A stretch of 64,000 nucleotides of DNA from Azolla caroliniana (Eukaryota > Plantae > Polypodiophyta), in assembly GCA_043228905.1 (NCBI GenBank), contig JBHGNT010000008.1, positions 10,168,001 to 10,232,000 on the forward strand. Direction: 5' to 3'. Below the pieces are notes generated by a model. The model saw only the letters and a program-made list of their open reading frames with translations. It was not told the DNA's origin and did not search any database. The translations under genes and the position numbers were made by a program. This document shows, piece by piece, positions 61,657 through 64,000 of the stretch; positions within the stretch are counted from its first letter, which is position 1; each line of letters opens with the position of its first letter.

Positions 61657-64000
61657 TGTCGAATACATGTGTATAATGGACGTATTCACACTATCCCGTT
61701 TTGGCCATTTATGTAATTAGCATAAAGGGTAATTGCCCTAAGTCGGTCACTATATATAGTGACCTTGTAACCTTTTTGTAAGGTTGGGTGTTGTATTATT
61801 GCTTTATGGAATAAAGAGTTTTTCGTGCCTCTCTGTCTCTCTCTCTCTCTCTCTCTGTGCAACGACCTACAAACTGTCATACGCAGGTATTCAGAACACA
61901 ATCAAATGCTACTTGATCTTCCGCACAGACGACTTTGTCTGCAACATCTGGTATCAGAGCGAGCACAGTAGTCGGTCCTTCAATCCGCTGTCGGCCATCG
62001 TCTCAGCATTCGGTTTCCTGCGTCATTCGAAGAAGAGAGAAGAAGAAGAAAAACGAGGCCTGCATCTCATCGCGTTAGATCATCTTTTCTTGGAGTAAGC
62101 CAGCAGGTTGTACTCCGTTCCTTGTGATCGTAACCGCTCGAGGTGAAATCCCCTTGTGCAACTTTGACACGATCGTGCTCCACTCGGTTAAACGGCATCC
62201 GAAAAGGTCATTAAACGCTGCTCGCTGCTCGTTGTAACCACTCGGTGCAGATCGGTCTCAAGACAACAACCCCAATTCGCGCTTCATCCGGCTGATCGAC
62301 ATTCGGGAGGATCAGTTGCATCTGTCTCTCTCGTCGCTGCAGCCACCCGAAGCAGAATCGGTCCAGATAATCGGTTTCAATAATCGGTATTCGGCATATA
62401 TATCCGAAGCGAACCGGGCTCACTCCGACTCGGCAACATTCGGGAAGACCAGTCGGTTCTGTCCCTCAAGTTACCGGAGTCAATTCGAGCAAGTTCCGAA
62501 GCCGAACCGACTCGGGTTCAAATCCGACTAGAACGATATCGGGTGAGCCAACTGGCTGCACTCCAACAAGGTTCGTAGTCAACTCCGAACCGAGCTTCGT
62601 CAACCAAAACCGAACTTGATGGCATCAACATCCGGCTCGTCAGAAATGAGTCTACGAAAGTTCGATGGATCGAACTTCAACTTCTGGAAGGAACAAATGC
62701 AGGACTATCTCATAGTCAAGGGGCAAATCGATCCCATCGAAAATGAAGAACCTCCAGAAGGATACAAACCCATTGAGTGGCAGAAGCTGGACAGAATTGT
62801 CCGCGCCACGATTCGGATGCACCTATCGGAATCGGTATACTTTACGGTGCAATCGTGTACGACAGCATTCGAACTGTGGAAAACACTGTCGGACACTTAC
62901 GAAAAGAAGGTCGCCGCAACGAAGATGTTTCTGATCCGGCGCCTCTACAACTTGCGGATGAAAGAATCCGATTCGGTTCAAGCACACCTCAATGAGTACG
63001 AAAGCATAAGCTCCCAAATCTCGTCACAGGGGACGGCAATCGAGGATGAACTCAGAGCAATGATACTCATGAGCAGCCTTCCCTCATCATGGGAAACTTT
63101 CGTCACAACCGTGTGCAATGCGTCAACCACGGCTGTTAAATACTCCGAAGTCACGAGCGCAATCCTGACCGAAGCAGCTCGGAGAAAGTCTTTCGCCAAA
63201 GACTCAACAGACGACGCTTACGTAGTACAAGGTTCGACAGACCGATCGAACATACGAGGAAGAGATTCCTCACGGCCGCCGAACAATCAGCGAAGACGGA
63301 GCCAGTCACGGGATAACCGAATCTGCAACTATTGCAAGAAACCCGGACACATCAAAGCCGACTGCCGCGCACTCAAGAACAAGAACAACAAGAAGAGTGG
63401 CCGGCATGAGGAGATCAATTACGTCAGCTTCTCAGCGGATGTACTACCGGACGACCCGAATATACTATCAATCGAAAATCCAGTCGGATCAGAAGTTCTA
63501 CTCACGACTGAAGAATCGAGCACATGGCTCTTAGATTCGGGCGTGTCATTTCACGTGACTCCTCATCGATCCCAATTTCGGCAATATACGATCCGTCACT
63601 CCGACTCAGTTCGAGTCGGCAACTCACAACACTGTGACATCATCGGAATCGGCACAGTAGAGCTCAACCTTGCAGGTGGCTCTACACTTGTACTCCACAA
63701 TGTCCGACATGTACCCGAGCTCTCAAGGCCATTGATCTCAGTCGGACAACTAGATGAAGACGGCATTCGTGCCGGTTTTTCTTCGGGAGGGTGGACACTC
63801 CACAGGGGGAACCTCCTGCTTGCTAGAGGACCCAAGATACACTCCCTGTATCCGTTACATGTTACGCTCAGAGAGGGTAACCTGTTTTTGGTGGATATTC
63901 CTGTGTCATCACTATGGCACCGAAGATTAGGACACCTCAGCAAGGCCGGCATCACGCACCTATCTAGAGCCGGATACATCCCCAAACTCTCCTTCTCGGA
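61657..64000 (+). mobile_element. Second Tork-like copia copy, running off the window end
   Basis: LTR 61657-61946, PBS 61949-60, leader and gag nearly identical to the 30744-36118 element. Confidence 0.95.
62619..64000 (+). CDS. Copia gag-pol, 5' part (open to the window end)
   Basis: ATG GCA TCA ACA TCC..., colinear with 35245 downward; no stop noticed. Confidence 0.9.
   Translation, partial: MASTSGSSEMSLRKFDGSNFNFWKEQMQDYLIVKGQIDPIENEEPPEGYKPIEWQKLDRIVRATIRMHLSESVYFTVQSCTTAFELWKTLSDTYEKKVAATKMFLIRRLYNLRMKESDSVQAHLNEYESISSQISSQGTAIEDELRAMILMSSLPSSWETFVTTVCNASTTAVKYSEVTSAILTEAARRKSFAKDSTDDAYVVQGSTDRSNIRGRDSSRPPNNQRRRSQSRDNRICNYCKKPGHIKADCRALKNKNNKKSGRHEEINYVSFSADVLPDDPNILSIENPVGSEVLLTTEESSTWLLDSGVSFHVTPHRSQFRQYTIRHSDSVRVGNSQHCDIIGIGTVELNLAGGSTLVLHNVRHVPELSRPLISVGQLDEDGIRAGFSSGGWTLHRGNLLLARGPKIHSLYPLHVTLREGNLFLVDIPVSSLWHRRLGHLSKAGITHLSRAGYIPKLSFS

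Overview
Plant nuclear DNA, probably from a fern. This is an inference from unedited nad2 with TAA at conserved Gln codons and from LTR lineages typical of non-seed plants. A gene island at about 11.5-22 kb holds two convergent genes: an intronless UND/U-box/ARM E3 ligase (PUB16-19 type, +) and a spliced EMB2759-like gene (-). The rest is nested retroelements. These include a full-length Reina-like chromovirus, a very young intact Tork-like copia with a second copy at the window end, and an Athila/Selgy-like Ty3 carrying a Mutator MITE. There are also several copia fragments, three TGTCGT...ACGACA elements with 4-bp TSDs, two 5' halves of a Tcn1/sushi-like Ty3, and a mitochondrial nad2 insertion (NUMT). 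The most unusual structure is the Tcn1-like element. Its LTR combines an antisense tRNA-type A/B-box module, a heat-shock-element array, a TATA box and a 12-nt self-primer complementary to a non-tRNA PBS, and a candidate -1 frameshift signal lies between gag and pol. An unrelated 4-bp-TSD family also carries an antisense tRNA-like module. All coordinates and alignments were read by eye and no database searches were run.
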